A stretch of DNA of 42,739 nucleotides from Candidatus Thorarchaeota archaeon (GCA_020348985.1 CP070761.1:2071177-2113915); one strand, 5' to 3'; positions 18,991 through 30,045 are shown, counted from the stretch's first letter. The notes: generated from the sequence alone by a model not told the origin. Numbers and translations: made by a program.

Positions 18991-19764
18991 ATGGAGAAGT
19001 TCAGTAGGATAGAATTCTTGGCGGCGATTGCATCGACACATGTTAGAGATGGGGAGAATGTGTTCGGTGGAACAGGACTTCCACTACTAGCTGCACTGCT
19101 TGCCAAAGAGACCCATGCACCAAACATCAATCTGATTTCTGAGGCAGGTTTCATTGATGCACGTCCAGTAGAAGTCCCTCTTTCGGTAGCTGATACGAGA
19201 TATTACTACGGGTCTTCCGCGTCAATAGGTCTCATTGAGACTCTGGGATTCATTCTTCAAGGCGGCCGTATAGATGTAGGGTTCCTGGGCGCGGCTCAGA
19301 TAGACGAGTATGGCAATTTGAACACCAGCTACATCGGAACTTATGACAATCCCAAAGTCAAACTACCGGGCAGCGGAGGCGGAAATGACATAGCATCTTC
19401 TGCCAAGCGTCTAATCATAATCATGACACATGACAAGCGCAAGTTTGTCAAGAAATTGGACTACATGACTAGTCCAGGTCACCTGCAAGGTCCCGGCTCT
19501 CGCGAAGAGTGGAGTTTCGTGGGTGGTGGTCCAGAGGTCGTCATAACCGACATGTGTCAGATGGACTTTGACCCTGAAACGCTGAGGATCCGGTTGAAAT
19601 CTGTTCATCCGGGCTACACGGCGCAGGATGTTCTTGACAATGTCATGTTCGATCTGATTGTGCCAGATGATATTCCAACTACTCCCTTACCAACTGCCGA
19701 ACAGATAGAGATAATGCATAGGCTTGATCCTAAGGGTATCTATCTAGGGAAAGGCAACGAATAG
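18991..19764 (+). CDS. Family I CoA-transferase subunit B
   Basis: GTGLP, catalytic Glu in ISEAG, GFLGAAQIDEYGNLN, LPGSGGGND, SVHPG. Confidence 0.92.
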   Translation: MEKFSRIEFLAAIASTHVRDGENVFGGTGLPLLAALLAKETHAPNINLISEAGFIDARPVEVPLSVADTRYYYGSSASIGLIETLGFILQGGRIDVGFLGAAQIDEYGNLNTSYIGTYDNPKVKLPGSGGGNDIASSAKRLIIIMTHDKRKFVKKLDYMTSPGHLQGPGSREEWSFVGGGPEVVITDMCQMDFDPETLRIRLKSVHPGYTAQDVLDNVMFDLIVPDDIPTTPLPTAEQIEIMHRLDPKGIYLGKGNE

Positions 19765-19781
19765 AAGGAGCCGGATCTGGG

Positions 19782-20528
19782 TTGGCTTCAGTGGACTTAA
19801 CCAAATTTGACGCAGTACTATTCGACTTAGATTCGACATTAACCAACACGCAGAACTATCCCATTGAAGCATCAGAATGGCTGTTGAAGCAATTGACTGA
19901 AGACACTTCGGAGATTCTTGCGCCGTATGTAAGGTCGCTCTTTGGATACTATCGGGCAGGTATTGATGAGATTGCCGCAGGGGGTGTCTATCGATCACCG
20001 GCTGACATAATCAGAAAAGCAGTTCTCCAAAGCCTAGATGAAATCGGACTGAAGATTGAGACTGATACACTCGACAATGCGCTAGAGGTCTTCAAACAGT
20101 TGCACATTGATCGTTCAATTCCGGCGCACGGCGTAGAGAATCTTTTGCGTAAAATCAAGAAGCACTCTCTAAGAATGGGTGTCTTCACGAATTCCTTCCA
20201 AGGCAATGCAGAAATCATTCTAAGGAGACATGCTCTTGCCGACTTCTTTGAGGTCATAGCCGATGGTAGCGACATTCCTGCATTCAAGCCGATGAAAGAG
20301 GCCTTCTATTTCATGGCAGAGAAGATGAATGTCCCGACTTCGTCATGCATCTACGTGGGCGACGAATACTATTCAGATATTGTCGGTGCTACCTCGGCAG
20401 GAATGAGCGCAGTGTGGATCAACAAAAGAGGAAGATCCCTTGAGGAGAATCTGAAGCGGTATGGCCAGGAGACGAACCCGATCCTTGTTCTGGATTCAAT
20501 ACTGGACCTCAGCAATTTCTATCCCTAA
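19782..20528 (+). CDS. HAD-family hydrolase
   Basis: FDLDSTL, FTN, KP and YVGD...DI.GA..AGM motifs. Confidence 0.88.
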   Translation: MASVDLTKFDAVLFDLDSTLTNTQNYPIEASEWLLKQLTEDTSEILAPYVRSLFGYYRAGIDEIAAGGVYRSPADIIRKAVLQSLDEIGLKIETDTLDNALEVFKQLHIDRSIPAHGVENLLRKIKKHSLRMGVFTNSFQGNAEIILRRHALADFFEVIADGSDIPAFKPMKEAFYFMAEKMNVPTSSCIYVGDEYYSDIVGATSAGMSAVWINKRGRSLEENLKRYGQETNPILVLDSILDLSNFYP

Positions 20529-20618
20529 CACAAGCCTAATCTTACTTGCTACGTACTAGACATAGTTATTAATCCGCCAAATGGACTGAGACTTAGACTC
20601 AGAAAGGAGCAGAGAGAC

Positions 20619-21068
20619 ATGAGTAGAGACGATGAATCTCATGGTCCAATGAGGGCAAGGACGGATCTTATCGATCTACTGACATGTGACCCTAAGAACA
20701 CAGAGATCATTGCCACGATTGTCGAAGCAGAATTGCGGGGAATAAAGGACAGCGAATTGACTGAAGAGATGTCCAATGCATTGACTGAAGCTGCCAATAG
20801 AGCTGCGCTCGACCCCGAAGCTAGGGACAATGTTCTTTATTGGATAACTGAGACTAGTCCTGACGCCCGGCAGCTGATACTCGTGAAGACAATCGAGGAG
20901 CTGCTGAGTCTTGATCAATGTCGACCTGCAGCACTTGATGCGCTTGCGCGTGTATCATCTGAAGAGAACGTGAGTCTTGTTATGGAGTGGGTCGAGAAAG
21001 GAGTTCTAACGCTTGACCAAGCAATCTATGTTCTGCTCTATCCCGACTCAACTACAGCACTTACATAG
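20619..21068 (+). CDS. Acidic all-alpha hypothetical protein
   Basis: 149-aa ORF with an AGGAG SD and an upstream TTATTAA TATA-like box. Confidence 0.75.
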   Translation: MSRDDESHGPMRARTDLIDLLTCDPKNTEIIATIVEAELRGIKDSELTEEMSNALTEAANRAALDPEARDNVLYWITETSPDARQLILVKTIEELLSLDQCRPAALDALARVSSEENVSLVMEWVEKGVLTLDQAIYVLLYPDSTTALT

Positions 21069-21304
21069 GACTTAGAACTACATCTGCGCGCCTCGCCATC
21101 TCTTGGGAACCAAATCTTGTCTGCAGCAAATCGACCCCTTGAAAGTTTGATGCCAAAACAGACCCTAGCATCCACGAGCTGCGCCTGTTTTTCCGACTTC
21201 ACGTACACTTGGAAGGATTTCAGAGAAAAGACATAATCCGTCTCGTCTCCTTTGCATGCTTTCAAGGCATCGATAAAGCTTCCAGGAAAGAAATCGGCCC
21301 TCAT
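21038..21304 (-). CDS. Possible small hypothetical protein (88 aa)
   Basis: AAGGAGG SD directly upstream of ATG 21304. It fills an otherwise empty gap and overlaps the convergent gene by 31 nt. Confidence 0.45.
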   Translation of the reverse strand: MRADFFPGSFIDALKACKGDETDYVFSLKSFQVYVKSEKQAQLVDARVCFGIKLSRGRFAADKIWFPRDGEARRCSSKSYVSAVVESG

Positions 21305-21401
21305 AGCCCTCCTTTTCTGACACGATTGACAACCGTTTCTAACAGTCATTATATACTAACTTCTCGCGGTTTATGTCAGGTGAATAACACTGAACAACCG
21401 C

Positions 21402-22547
21402 ATGAAGATAATCATCAGTTTGTTCCTAGCAGCGTTCTTGCTCGGGCCATTCGTGACCGCAGCAAATGCACAAGATCCTGGAATGATGCAGGACCCTGAA
21501 AACCACGGAATGCCGCACCACCAAGTTGGCGAGGACAATTCAATCTGGATTGGTACTGATCTCATAACCATCAGAGCTAGCGATCAGACTCCACACTTAC
21601 ACTTCTGGTTCACAGGAGATGAGAATGGATCTCTGGCGAAGTTCTCAGCAAACTATGTCATGCTGGCCGAGTTTGAGGATGCAAACGGCGATAGCGCATA
21701 CCAGTCGGATGAAGTGCTGTACCACGCGCCTCTATCTGCTTATGAGTGGAGTGTCCAAAGTGGATCGATTGTCAATGAATCTGGAGCGACCACGGAAGTC
21801 TGGCTCAAGTACACCAAGGGTGGCATCAGAAGCGACGGAATGCACGGGCCTCCAATGCATGGTATGCCCGGAACTGGCATAGGGTCGGCAGAGCGCTTTG
21901 AGGACGTGACGATCCAGATTTGGGCTCACATCTACTTTGAAGACTACTACGGTAACGTCACCGATGACCAAGGTGTACAGGCCGAATTCACTGTTGCTGG
22001 TGGATCTGAATTAAAGATGGACATTGAAATAGGCAATTTCCCATTCAGTAGTGAGACCTCCAGTGTTGCCCTTCAGCTGGTTCTCAATGAGAACGAAGGG
22101 CTACAACAGCAGCATCATTTTCGTACTCATGAACATCACAGGCTTGTCAACGGTACATCTTTAATGAATTGGACTGGATCCGGCGGCAACGAGACGATGT
22201 TCTACAGGATGGAGAACACTACCAGACAGCACATCGATTTCGTTGATGGAAACACCGACTTAGCTCAAGGATTCTTCAGCTGGATCGACAAGGCAGTCAT
22301 CACACTACCCGGTGGCGAATCTGAGGTAGTTAATGTCTCAGCATCCTACGTGCCGACAGGCCACGGGTTAGCACTGACATTGTCGTATCCGAACTTCAAC
22401 GGAGGCTCAATCCTTCATGACCCATCGATTGGTCTCTACGAAGGGACCTCGCCGGTCACAGAACCACTTGATGCCTTCGTCATTGCGGCAGGCATTGGCC
22501 TAGTGGCCGTGTTTGGTGTAATCATAGTTCTTGTTAGAAGGAGGTAG
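21402..22547 (+). CDS. Secreted, C-terminally anchored His/Met-rich surface protein
   Basis: Signal peptide; NHGMPHH, MHGPPMHGMP and QHHFRTHEHH patches; ILHDPSIG; C-terminal TM followed by RRR. Confidence 0.85.
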   Translation: MKIIISLFLAAFLLGPFVTAANAQDPGMMQDPENHGMPHHQVGEDNSIWIGTDLITIRASDQTPHLHFWFTGDENGSLAKFSANYVMLAEFEDANGDSAYQSDEVLYHAPLSAYEWSVQSGSIVNESGATTEVWLKYTKGGIRSDGMHGPPMHGMPGTGIGSAERFEDVTIQIWAHIYFEDYYGNVTDDQGVQAEFTVAGGSELKMDIEIGNFPFSSETSSVALQLVLNENEGLQQQHHFRTHEHHRLVNGTSLMNWTGSGGNETMFYRMENTTRQHIDFVDGNTDLAQGFFSWIDKAVITLPGGESEVVNVSASYVPTGHGLALTLSYPNFNGGSILHDPSIGLYEGTSPVTEPLDAFVIAAGIGLVAVFGVIIVLVRRR

Positions 22548-22665
22548 AGTCTGGCTCTACCCCCTCTTTCTTTTTCTTGCACTTGAATCTAGCATACGAC
22601 TATCTATATACGGAGACATAAGAGTGAACTCAAAGAGCATATCATGCTTCAAAAGAAGTGATTCG

Positions 22666-23661
22666 ATGAGAACTGAGCGTATTCTTCTTCTCACTATTGT
22701 ATTGCTTGTAAGCGCAGCGCCGCAAAACATAGTGACAGCTCAGACGACTTCTGAATCGAATCTTGTTCTCGATCCGATTGTAGTGACTGCGAGATTGATT
22801 GCTGACGGCACGACAGTTCTCGAAATCCGCGCCCTGGCCAAGAATGTAGGTAACGAGTCGATCGAATCAATTAATCTGCGAATTGACTCACTTGATGCGG
22901 AGTTGGTTGATGCTTCGGCCGAAGGAATGGAATTGGACGCAACCCTTTTGGTCAGAGATCGATTCACTGAAGTAACGCTGAATCCACAATATCCCATCGG
23001 AACCAACGATACCCTTCCGATTACTGTCGAACTTCTTGTCGGAGACCTCCAATCATTTCAAACGGAGGACTTCTCTTCCACTCTCCTGGGAGATTTCACT
23101 TACTACACCAGGCCAACATCAACGTTGGGCAATTTCACATTCATAGTCAGTCTCCCCTCCACGGCCATTTTGTCTCAACAGTCAGCAGTACCAGTGTATC
23201 CCACTTCTGATTTCAACTGGACAGATGGAACGTCACTCTCATTTTCCTGGTTCACATCTGAACTGCAACCTGGTCAGGAACGGGTCTACATTGTCAAATA
23301 CCAGCTCGAGTTGACCTCCATGACATCGAGCGCCTTCACCGTAGAGATTCTTTTGTTCACACTGGCCGGGGTCGCTCTGGGATCTGTTCTCACAATTGGA
23401 GTTCCGAAGGCTATTCGAAGATTGAGAATGATTGGTCCAGTAAGGGTTGCAGGCATAACCCAAGAAGAGGAAGTCCTTCTAGATGTAATTCGAAGGAAGG
23501 GAGGATCCTGTGCTCAGAAAGAACTCTATACTGAATTTGACATGTCCCAGTCAAGAGTCAGTCTTACCCTGACCAATCTGGAACAGCGCGGACTCATTCG
23601 TAGGATACGCGAAGGCCGTGTAAACATGGTATACATTGTTGAATCCTCAGACTCTGAATAG
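22666..23661 (+). CDS. Membrane-tethered winged-HTH transcriptional regulator (extracellular domain, TM, wHTH; COG2512-like)
   Basis: Start MRTERILLL is a signal peptide, followed by a beta-rich ectodomain, a TM helix and GGSCAQKEL..EFDMSQSRVSLTLTNLEQRGLIRRIREGRVNMV. Confidence 0.85.
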   Translation: MRTERILLLTIVLLVSAAPQNIVTAQTTSESNLVLDPIVVTARLIADGTTVLEIRALAKNVGNESIESINLRIDSLDAELVDASAEGMELDATLLVRDRFTEVTLNPQYPIGTNDTLPITVELLVGDLQSFQTEDFSSTLLGDFTYYTRPTSTLGNFTFIVSLPSTAILSQQSAVPVYPTSDFNWTDGTSLSFSWFTSELQPGQERVYIVKYQLELTSMTSSAFTVEILLFTLAGVALGSVLTIGVPKAIRRLRMIGPVRVAGITQEEEVLLDVIRRKGGSCAQKELYTEFDMSQSRVSLTLTNLEQRGLIRRIREGRVNMVYIVESSDSE

Positions 23662-23721
23662 AAAGGCTTTATATCAACACTGAGAGTCCTCCGACATTCA
23701 GAGCATTTCTGAGGTGAGTGC

Positions 23722-24123
23722 GTGTCCTCAAGGAAAATCCGAGTACTCGTTGCAAAACCCGGGCTCGACGGCCACGACAGGGGCGCAAAGGTCGTGGCAA
23801 GAGCATTACGCGATGCGGGAATGGAAGTGGTCTACACTGGATTACGGCAGACTCCGGAGATGATTGTGGAGGCTGCGTTACAGGAAGATGTGGATTGCAT
23901 AGGGATGAGTATTCTAAGTGGTGCACACATGGCACTCTTCCCTAAAGTTACAGAGCTACTGAAGAAGGAAGGCGTTGACGACATTCTGGTTATCGGCGGT
24001 GGAATCATACCAGAGGATGATATTCCTGCGCTGAAAGCGGCTGGCATCTCAAAGTTGTTCGGCCCTGGAACTCCTCTTGAAGAGATTGTCGAGTTCGTCC
24101 GGAACAACGTCAAGAAAGCCTAA
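23722..24123 (+). CDS. Methylmalonyl-CoA mutase small, cobalamin-binding subunit
   Basis: [14 protein letters not shown] (DxHxxG), SILSGAH, GGIIP, FGPGT. Confidence 0.96.
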   Translation: MSSRKIRVLVAKPGLDGHDRGAKVVARALRDAGMEVVYTGLRQTPEMIVEAALQEDVDCIGMSILSGAHMALFPKVTELLKKEGVDDILVIGGGIIPEDDIPALKAAGISKLFGPGTPLEEIVEFVRNNVKKA

Positions 24124-24147
24124 GATTCGCCAAGTGAGGGCGATTCG

Positions 24148-25107
24148 TTGTCAGCCGATAAGCTTGTCGAGGGTGTTCTGAAAGGCAAGAGGAGATCACT
24201 TGCGCGTCTCATTTCAATGATCGAGAATGAAGACCCCTCCGCAGATGAAGCTCTGAGTACACTCTACAAGCATACCGGGAAAGCACACGTCATAGGAGTC
24301 ACTGGGCCTCCAGGATCCGGAAAGAGTACAATCGTAGCAAGAATGACAGCTGAACTCAGAAGACGTGTCAGGACCATTGGGATAGTATGTGTAGATCCGT
24401 CAAGCCCGTTCAGTGGTGGAGCTCTCCTCGGTGATCGTATAAGAATGCAGGAGCATACACTCGATAGCGAAGTTTTCGTTAGGAGTATGGGCACAAGAGG
24501 TCATCTTGGAGGTCTTGCCAGGGCCACGTCCGATGCTGTACGAGCTATTGATGCGTTTGGGAAGGACATAGTTATTGTGGAAACAGTGGGTGCGGGACAA
24601 TCCGAAGTTGAGGTTGTGGAGCTAGCTCACACGGTGATAGTCACCGACGTGCCCGGGAGCGGTGATGACATTCAAGCCATCAAGGCTGGCATAATGGAGA
24701 TAGCCGACATCTTCGTTGTAAACAAATCCGACTTGGATGGGGCTGACAAGAAGGTAACAGAGATCAATGCGATGCTTGATATCGCCCCAAATATGGAAGA
24801 TTGGCGTCCACCTGTGCTCCTCACAAACGCCAACTCGGGTGAGGGCATTCCTGAGCTCGTCGACAAGATAGAGGAGCACATGAAGTATCTTCATGAGAGC
24901 GGGACTCTTGAGACGAGAGGTCTCAAGCGAAGTCGTGAAGAGCTTGAGAAGCTTATGGAATACAAGCTCACGAGGGAGCTTCTTACCAAGCTCCAAGGTA
25001 CCCGTGAGTACGATGAGGCAATCAAAAAGATAGCAGAACGCAAGGACGACCCATATACGGTTGCCGAACGATTGATAGCTGAGTTTCTTGTGAAACACAG
25101 AGAATGA
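24148..25107 (+). CDS. meaB: Methylmalonyl-CoA mutase-associated GTPase
   Basis: GPPGSGKST, VDPSSPFSGGALLGDRIRM, ETVGAGQSE, GDDIQAIKAGIMEIAD, NKSD. Confidence 0.96.
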   Translation: MSADKLVEGVLKGKRRSLARLISMIENEDPSADEALSTLYKHTGKAHVIGVTGPPGSGKSTIVARMTAELRRRVRTIGIVCVDPSSPFSGGALLGDRIRMQEHTLDSEVFVRSMGTRGHLGGLARATSDAVRAIDAFGKDIVIVETVGAGQSEVEVVELAHTVIVTDVPGSGDDIQAIKAGIMEIADIFVVNKSDLDGADKKVTEINAMLDIAPNMEDWRPPVLLTNANSGEGIPELVDKIEEHMKYLHESGTLETRGLKRSREELEKLMEYKLTRELLTKLQGTREYDEAIKKIAERKDDPYTVAERLIAEFLVKHRE

Positions 25108-25119
25108 AGGTGGTTATCA

Positions 25120-26784
25120 ATGAAGGAGAAGCTTCAGAAAGAACTGAAGCGTTGGGAAGAGGAGTCTGTAGATAATACACTGAAGCGCTTTCCAGAAAGA
25201 AAGGACGAGTTCATCACGAGTTCAGGAATTCAGGTGAAGCGTCTCTATACGCCTATTGACTCTGATGAGATAGATTACTCGAAGGACCTTGGTTTTCCTG
25301 GTGAGTATCCATTCACTCGAGGAGTTCAACCGACCCAGTACAGAGGCAGACTGTGGACAATGCGGCAGTACAGTGGTTTCGCTACGGCTAAAGAAACCAA
25401 TGAGCGATTCCGGTTCTTGCTTGAGCAAGGACAGACGGGTCTATCTGTTGCATTTGATCTGCCTACTCAGATTGGCTACGATTCTGACCATCCTCTTGCC
25501 CAAGGCGAAGTTGGCAAGGTCGGAGTGGCAATTTCCTCTCTTGCTGACATGGAGGTTCTCTTCGAGCGAATTCCGCTTGACAAGGTTAGCACGTCAATGA
25601 CTATCAACGCACCCGCCGCAGTATTGCTAGCAATGTACATTGTAGTAGCGGAGAAGCAGGGAGTCCCTATGGAGAAACTCAGAGGGACAATCCAGAATGA
25701 TATCCTAAAGGAGTACGTAGCTCGCGGAACCTACATCTTTCCACCAGAGCCCTCAATGAGACTAATCACTGACACATTCAGCTTCTGTTCGGAGAAGATG
25801 CCGCTTTGGAACACCATCTCAATCTCCGGTTATCACATCAGAGAAGCAGGTTCGACGGCGGTTCAAGAAGTTGCCTTCACACTTGCCGATGGCATAGCGT
25901 ACGTAAAAGCGGCAATCGACATCGGTCTGGACGTTGATAAGTTTGCATCGCGTCTATCTTTCTTCTTTGGTTCCGCAAGCAACTTCTTGGAGGAGGTTGC
26001 CAAGTTCAGGGCTGCGAGAAGACTCTGGGCCAGAATAATGCGTGAGCGTTTCCACGCCGAGGATGATGATTCTTGTAGACTCAGGTTTCACACACAGACA
26101 GCCGGATACACGTTAACGGCTCAGCAGCCCGACAACAATGTTGTGAGAGTCACACTGCAAGCACTTCAAGCCGTCCTGGGTGGCACGCAGTCGTTGCACA
26201 CCAACTCCCGCGATGAAGCCCTGTCTCTGCCTACTGAAGATTCTGTCCAGATTGCTTTGCGCACGCAGCAGATTATCGCTCATGAGACCGGAGTTGGTGA
26301 CACGATAGATCCGCTTGCAGGATCTTACTACATCGAGACATTGACAGACGAGATCGAGAAGCGTGCAATGGAGTACATCGAGAAGATTGACTCGATGGGC
26401 GGAGCTCCAAAGGCAATTGAAAGCGGATTCATACAACGGGAGATTCACAACAGTGCCTATGAATTCCAGCGGTCCGTAGATTCAGGTGAGCAAGTTGTGG
26501 TTGGAGTCAATAAGTTCACTGTTGAAGAAGAGCAGAGCTTTGACTACTTGCGAATCAATCCCGCGGCAGAAGCTGAGCAGATCAAGCGACTGCAAGACTT
26601 ACGGAAGAAAAGAGATGATTCGAAGGTGAAGAAGATGCTTGAGAATCTCCGTAGTTGCGCTGAAGGCAGTGTCAACTTGATGCCAGCCATCCTGGAGTCA
26701 GTGAAAGAATACGCGACAATAGGCGAAATCTGTGAAGTACTTCGTGAGGTATTTGAGGAATATAAGGCACCAGACATTCTGTGA
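25120..26784 (+). CDS. Methylmalonyl-CoA mutase large, substrate-binding subunit
   Basis: [18 protein letters not shown] (Tyr specificity residue), [41 protein letters not shown]. Confidence 0.96.
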   Translation: MKEKLQKELKRWEEESVDNTLKRFPERKDEFITSSGIQVKRLYTPIDSDEIDYSKDLGFPGEYPFTRGVQPTQYRGRLWTMRQYSGFATAKETNERFRFLLEQGQTGLSVAFDLPTQIGYDSDHPLAQGEVGKVGVAISSLADMEVLFERIPLDKVSTSMTINAPAAVLLAMYIVVAEKQGVPMEKLRGTIQNDILKEYVARGTYIFPPEPSMRLITDTFSFCSEKMPLWNTISISGYHIREAGSTAVQEVAFTLADGIAYVKAAIDIGLDVDKFASRLSFFFGSASNFLEEVAKFRAARRLWARIMRERFHAEDDDSCRLRFHTQTAGYTLTAQQPDNNVVRVTLQALQAVLGGTQSLHTNSRDEALSLPTEDSVQIALRTQQIIAHETGVGDTIDPLAGSYYIETLTDEIEKRAMEYIEKIDSMGGAPKAIESGFIQREIHNSAYEFQRSVDSGEQVVVGVNKFTVEEEQSFDYLRINPAAEAEQIKRLQDLRKKRDDSKVKKMLENLRSCAEGSVNLMPAILESVKEYATIGEICEVLREVFEEYKAPDIL

Positions 26785-26800
26785 AGGAGAAGAAATTAGA

Positions 26801-27211
26801 ATGACCGCGGAGAAGATAGATCACATCGGAATTGCAGTTAGTAGTATTGAAGAGCGGCTGCCCTACTATAGAGACATTCTGGGACTAGAGTACGTCGGGG
26901 AGGAAATTGTCGTTGAGCAGAAGGTTCGAGTTGCGTTTCTTCAAGTTGGGGAGAGTCGGATAGAGCTGCTTGAGCCAACATCCGAGGACAGTCCAATCGC
27001 GAAGTTTCTCGAGAAGCGACATGAGGGGATTCATCACGTGTCAGTCAAGGTGAAGAACATCAAGAGCGCCCTGGCCAAACACGAAGCTGCTGGCTCCCAA
27101 TTGATTGATTCTGAGCCCCGCAAAGGAGCACATGGAATGCTGATTGCATTTGTGCATCCTAACTCGACCGGCGGAGTCCTGTTGGAGCTCTCTCAAGAGC
27201 CTGACACTTAG
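26801..27211 (+). CDS. mce: Methylmalonyl-CoA epimerase
   Basis: IDHIGIAV, IELLEP, EGIHH, FVHP.STGGVLLEL. ATG start at 26801. Confidence 0.95.
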   Translation: MTAEKIDHIGIAVSSIEERLPYYRDILGLEYVGEEIVVEQKVRVAFLQVGESRIELLEPTSEDSPIAKFLEKRHEGIHHVSVKVKNIKSALAKHEAAGSQLIDSEPRKGAHGMLIAFVHPNSTGGVLLELSQEPDT

Positions 27212-27306
27212 ATTGCGCAAAAACCTCTAATCTGCATCTCAATCGAGACTGCACAAGGCTTATCCCCTTTCTTTCATACTAGACTGGCGTGGGAGGTTAA
27301 ACATCG

Positions 27307-27579
27307 GTGTCCGAAACGCCGACAACGCATTATGATTTCTATAGAGTGGCCAAGAGTCGTGAGAAGCAAGGCCGCTATGATGAAGCACTTTCTGCATATG
27401 AGAAAGCAATTGAGCTGAGCTCAGATTATGCACACGCGTGGTACTATAAGGGGTTGCTTCACAAAAAGCTCGAACAGTACGACGTAGCGATAACCTGTGC
27501 TGAGCGCGCGCTTGAACTCGAGCCTAGCTGGGAGAGACACATTTCCAAACTGATTGAAGATTGTAAGTCATGTCAGTGA
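27307..27579 (+). CDS. Small TPR protein
   Basis: Two TPR units (GRYDEALSAYEKAIEL; AWYYKG...EQYDVAITCAERALELEP); GGAGG SD. Confidence 0.85.
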   Translation: MSETPTTHYDFYRVAKSREKQGRYDEALSAYEKAIELSSDYAHAWYYKGLLHKKLEQYDVAITCAERALELEPSWERHISKLIEDCKSCQ

Positions 27580-27591
27580 GCACATTCCAAA

Positions 27592-28635
27592 CTAGGACAC
27601 CTTGAGTATTCCCTCAACTGCATCGGCAACTCTGAGTGTGTCTTCCCGGTCAACGTGACGGTTCAGGACAAATCTAGAGCGTGTTCCATATCCGCCGTAA
27701 ATGAGAATGTCTTGTTCTCTCAATCTGTTGGACAGCTCTAGAGAGTCGACTGGCAAGTTATCAAGACCAATGAAGACAATATTGGTATCCGGTTCCTCAA
27801 TCTCGATCCCTGGTATATTCCTTAATCTGCTGTACAGAAGCTTCGCATTCTCATGATCTTCTTTGAGTCTATCCACCATTGTTTCAAGAGCAACAATGCC
27901 GGGTGCGGCAATCAAGCCTGCTTGTCTCATGCCTCCACCGAGCCTCTTTCTCGTCCTTCGGGCCTCATGGATGAATTCCTCATTTCCAGCAACCAAAGAA
28001 CCAACTGGCGCAGAGAGGCCTTTGCTTAGACAAATCATCACTGAATCCGCTTTTTCAACCAAAGTCTTTGCAGAAACACTCAGGGCAACGGCCGCGTTGA
28101 ACAATCTGGCGCCATCACAATGAACCTTCAGGCCATTATCGTGTGCTACTTCCGCCAAAGCATCGACCTGATTCTTTGTAATGACAGCGCCGCCAGCATA
28201 GTTGTGTGTGTTCTCTACTACAACCATTGCAGTCCTGGCATAGTGAGTGTCATCAGGGCTAATGACCTCCTGAAGAGTCTCAGGGAGGATATATCCTCTT
28301 ACACCCTCGACCGGTTTCGGAAAGAGACCTCCCATTGAAGCCATCGAACCTGCCTCAAACTTGAAAGTGTGCGATTGCCTTTCAACTACAATCTCATCTC
28401 CCCTATATGTCTGTGAGAGCAACGAAACCAGATTCCCCTGTGTGCCAGAAGTCACGAGAAGGGCCGCCTCCTTTCCCAGAATTCGTGCCGCCTTTTCCTC
28501 TAGTTCGTTGACAACACTGTCTTCGCGAACAACATCATCGCCAAAGCGATTGGATTTGTGTGCATTGACTATGGCCTCAATCATCTCATCCGTTGGGAGG
28601 GTCATAGTATCGCTGCGGAGGTCAACTATCTTCAT
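27592..28635 (-). CDS. ltaE: Low-specificity L-threonine aldolase (PLP-dependent)
   Basis: DLRSDT, SGTQGN, ENTHN, HCDGARLFNA, CLSKGLSAPVGS, GGGMRQAG. Confidence 0.93.
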   Translation of the reverse strand: MKIVDLRSDTMTLPTDEMIEAIVNAHKSNRFGDDVVREDSVVNELEEKAARILGKEAALLVTSGTQGNLVSLLSQTYRGDEIVVERQSHTFKFEAGSMASMGGLFPKPVEGVRGYILPETLQEVISPDDTHYARTAMVVVENTHNYAGGAVITKNQVDALAEVAHDNGLKVHCDGARLFNAAVALSVSAKTLVEKADSVMICLSKGLSAPVGSLVAGNEEFIHEARRTRKRLGGGMRQAGLIAAPGIVALETMVDRLKEDHENAKLLYSRLRNIPGIEIEEPDTNIVFIGLDNLPVDSLELSNRLREQDILIYGGYGTRSRFVLNRHVDREDTLRVADAVEGILKVS

Positions 28636-28752
28636 ACCTCTGCGGTCACCATTACTCCCCGTTTAGGTTTACGGTCGATGCCTAGCTAGCAATGATTATA
28701 GGTTGGTGTCGAATCATCGACCATCACTTCCATCTATGAGGAATACTGGGCT

Positions 28753-30045
28753 ATGCAAACAGAGGCAAAGCTTAGCTATGTTGGAAAGCTACGTCTATTC
28801 AAGAAGGACGCAAGATTCTACATAGCTTCCGGAGGGACCAGAGCCTTTGCCTGGGGAATGAGCAATGTTGTCTTCAATCTCTACCTGCTGAGAATCCCTG
28901 GTGTAGAAGAGGATTTCCTTGGATTCTTCCTCTCTATGTCCATGTTTGCTATGGCAGCAATGGGAGTCCTCGCAGGAATGGCCAGTGATCGCTGGTGCAG
29001 AAAGAACATGTTGCTCGTCTTTAGTACAGTAGCGAACATAGCCACCGCAATCCAGTACATCACGATCAATACCATAGGATTGATTGCTACGCAGATAGTT
29101 CTAGGCCTCTCCTTCGCTTTCCAGCAGGTCGCATGGACTCCCTATATCACAGACCTGTCAACGTCACAAGAAAGAGCTCATTTGTTCGGTTTCTCCTCGG
29201 GAATTAGCCTCCTCACTATATTCTTCGGGAATCTGATAGGAGGATTCCTTCCTGGGGTCTTCGACACTCTGTTCTCTTTGGGTGGAAATATCCTCACTGC
29301 ATACAGATTCACCCTTTGGGTCAGCTTGATTCCGCTCTTCACTGGAACTCTTCTGATCATCCCAATGTCACGAGACCGCCCCACGCCCAGGAAGTTCAAG
29401 TTTGGCTTTGCCAATGTGAAGAATGCTCGATTCATTGGACAGTACACCGCAGTAGTCAGCATTGTTGGCCTGGGCGCTGGAATGATAGTCATGTTCTTCA
29501 ACGTCTTCTTTGAAGCAGTCTTCAGTGCAGACTCCGCTCTAATCGGTGTCATATTCGCTATCAACACTATCTTGTTGTCTTCAGGCAACTTCTTAGCTCC
29601 CGCCCTGGCTGACAGGATTGGCAAGGTGAGGACGATTGTTGTGACTGAAGCGCTTTCAATTCCATTCTTACTCATGCTCTGGTGGTCTCCAAACATCTAC
29701 ATTGGTGTGCTCGGATACGTGTCGAGAAACGTGTTGATGAACATGGCGGGCCCTGTCAATAATGCATTCTATATGGAGGGCTTGGCAAAAGGGGAGCGAG
29801 CGACGGCGATGGGGATAACAAGTACTGGGGATTCTCTCGTTCGGGCAATTGCTGCAAACATTGGTGGATTGCTCTTGGCAGCTGGTCTCTATCGAGAGCC
29901 ATATTTGCTTGTGTCTGGGCTCTATATTCTGGGCATTATTCTCTTCTTTGCATTCTTCAGGAACAAGGAAAGGGAGATAAGCTTGGTTCAATTGGCTGAC
30001 ATAACAAGGGGAGATGAGGCCAATGTCAGTCCCGACATTACTTGA
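28753..30045 (+). CDS. MFS transporter
   Basis: About 12 TM helices; G..SDRW.RK and LADRIGKVRT motif-A loops. Confidence 0.9.
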   Translation: MQTEAKLSYVGKLRLFKKDARFYIASGGTRAFAWGMSNVVFNLYLLRIPGVEEDFLGFFLSMSMFAMAAMGVLAGMASDRWCRKNMLLVFSTVANIATAIQYITINTIGLIATQIVLGLSFAFQQVAWTPYITDLSTSQERAHLFGFSSGISLLTIFFGNLIGGFLPGVFDTLFSLGGNILTAYRFTLWVSLIPLFTGTLLIIPMSRDRPTPRKFKFGFANVKNARFIGQYTAVVSIVGLGAGMIVMFFNVFFEAVFSADSALIGVIFAINTILLSSGNFLAPALADRIGKVRTIVVTEALSIPFLLMLWWSPNIYIGVLGYVSRNVLMNMAGPVNNAFYMEGLAKGERATAMGITSTGDSLVRAIAANIGGLLLAAGLYREPYLLVSGLYILGIILFFAFFRNKEREISLVQLADITRGDEANVSPDIT

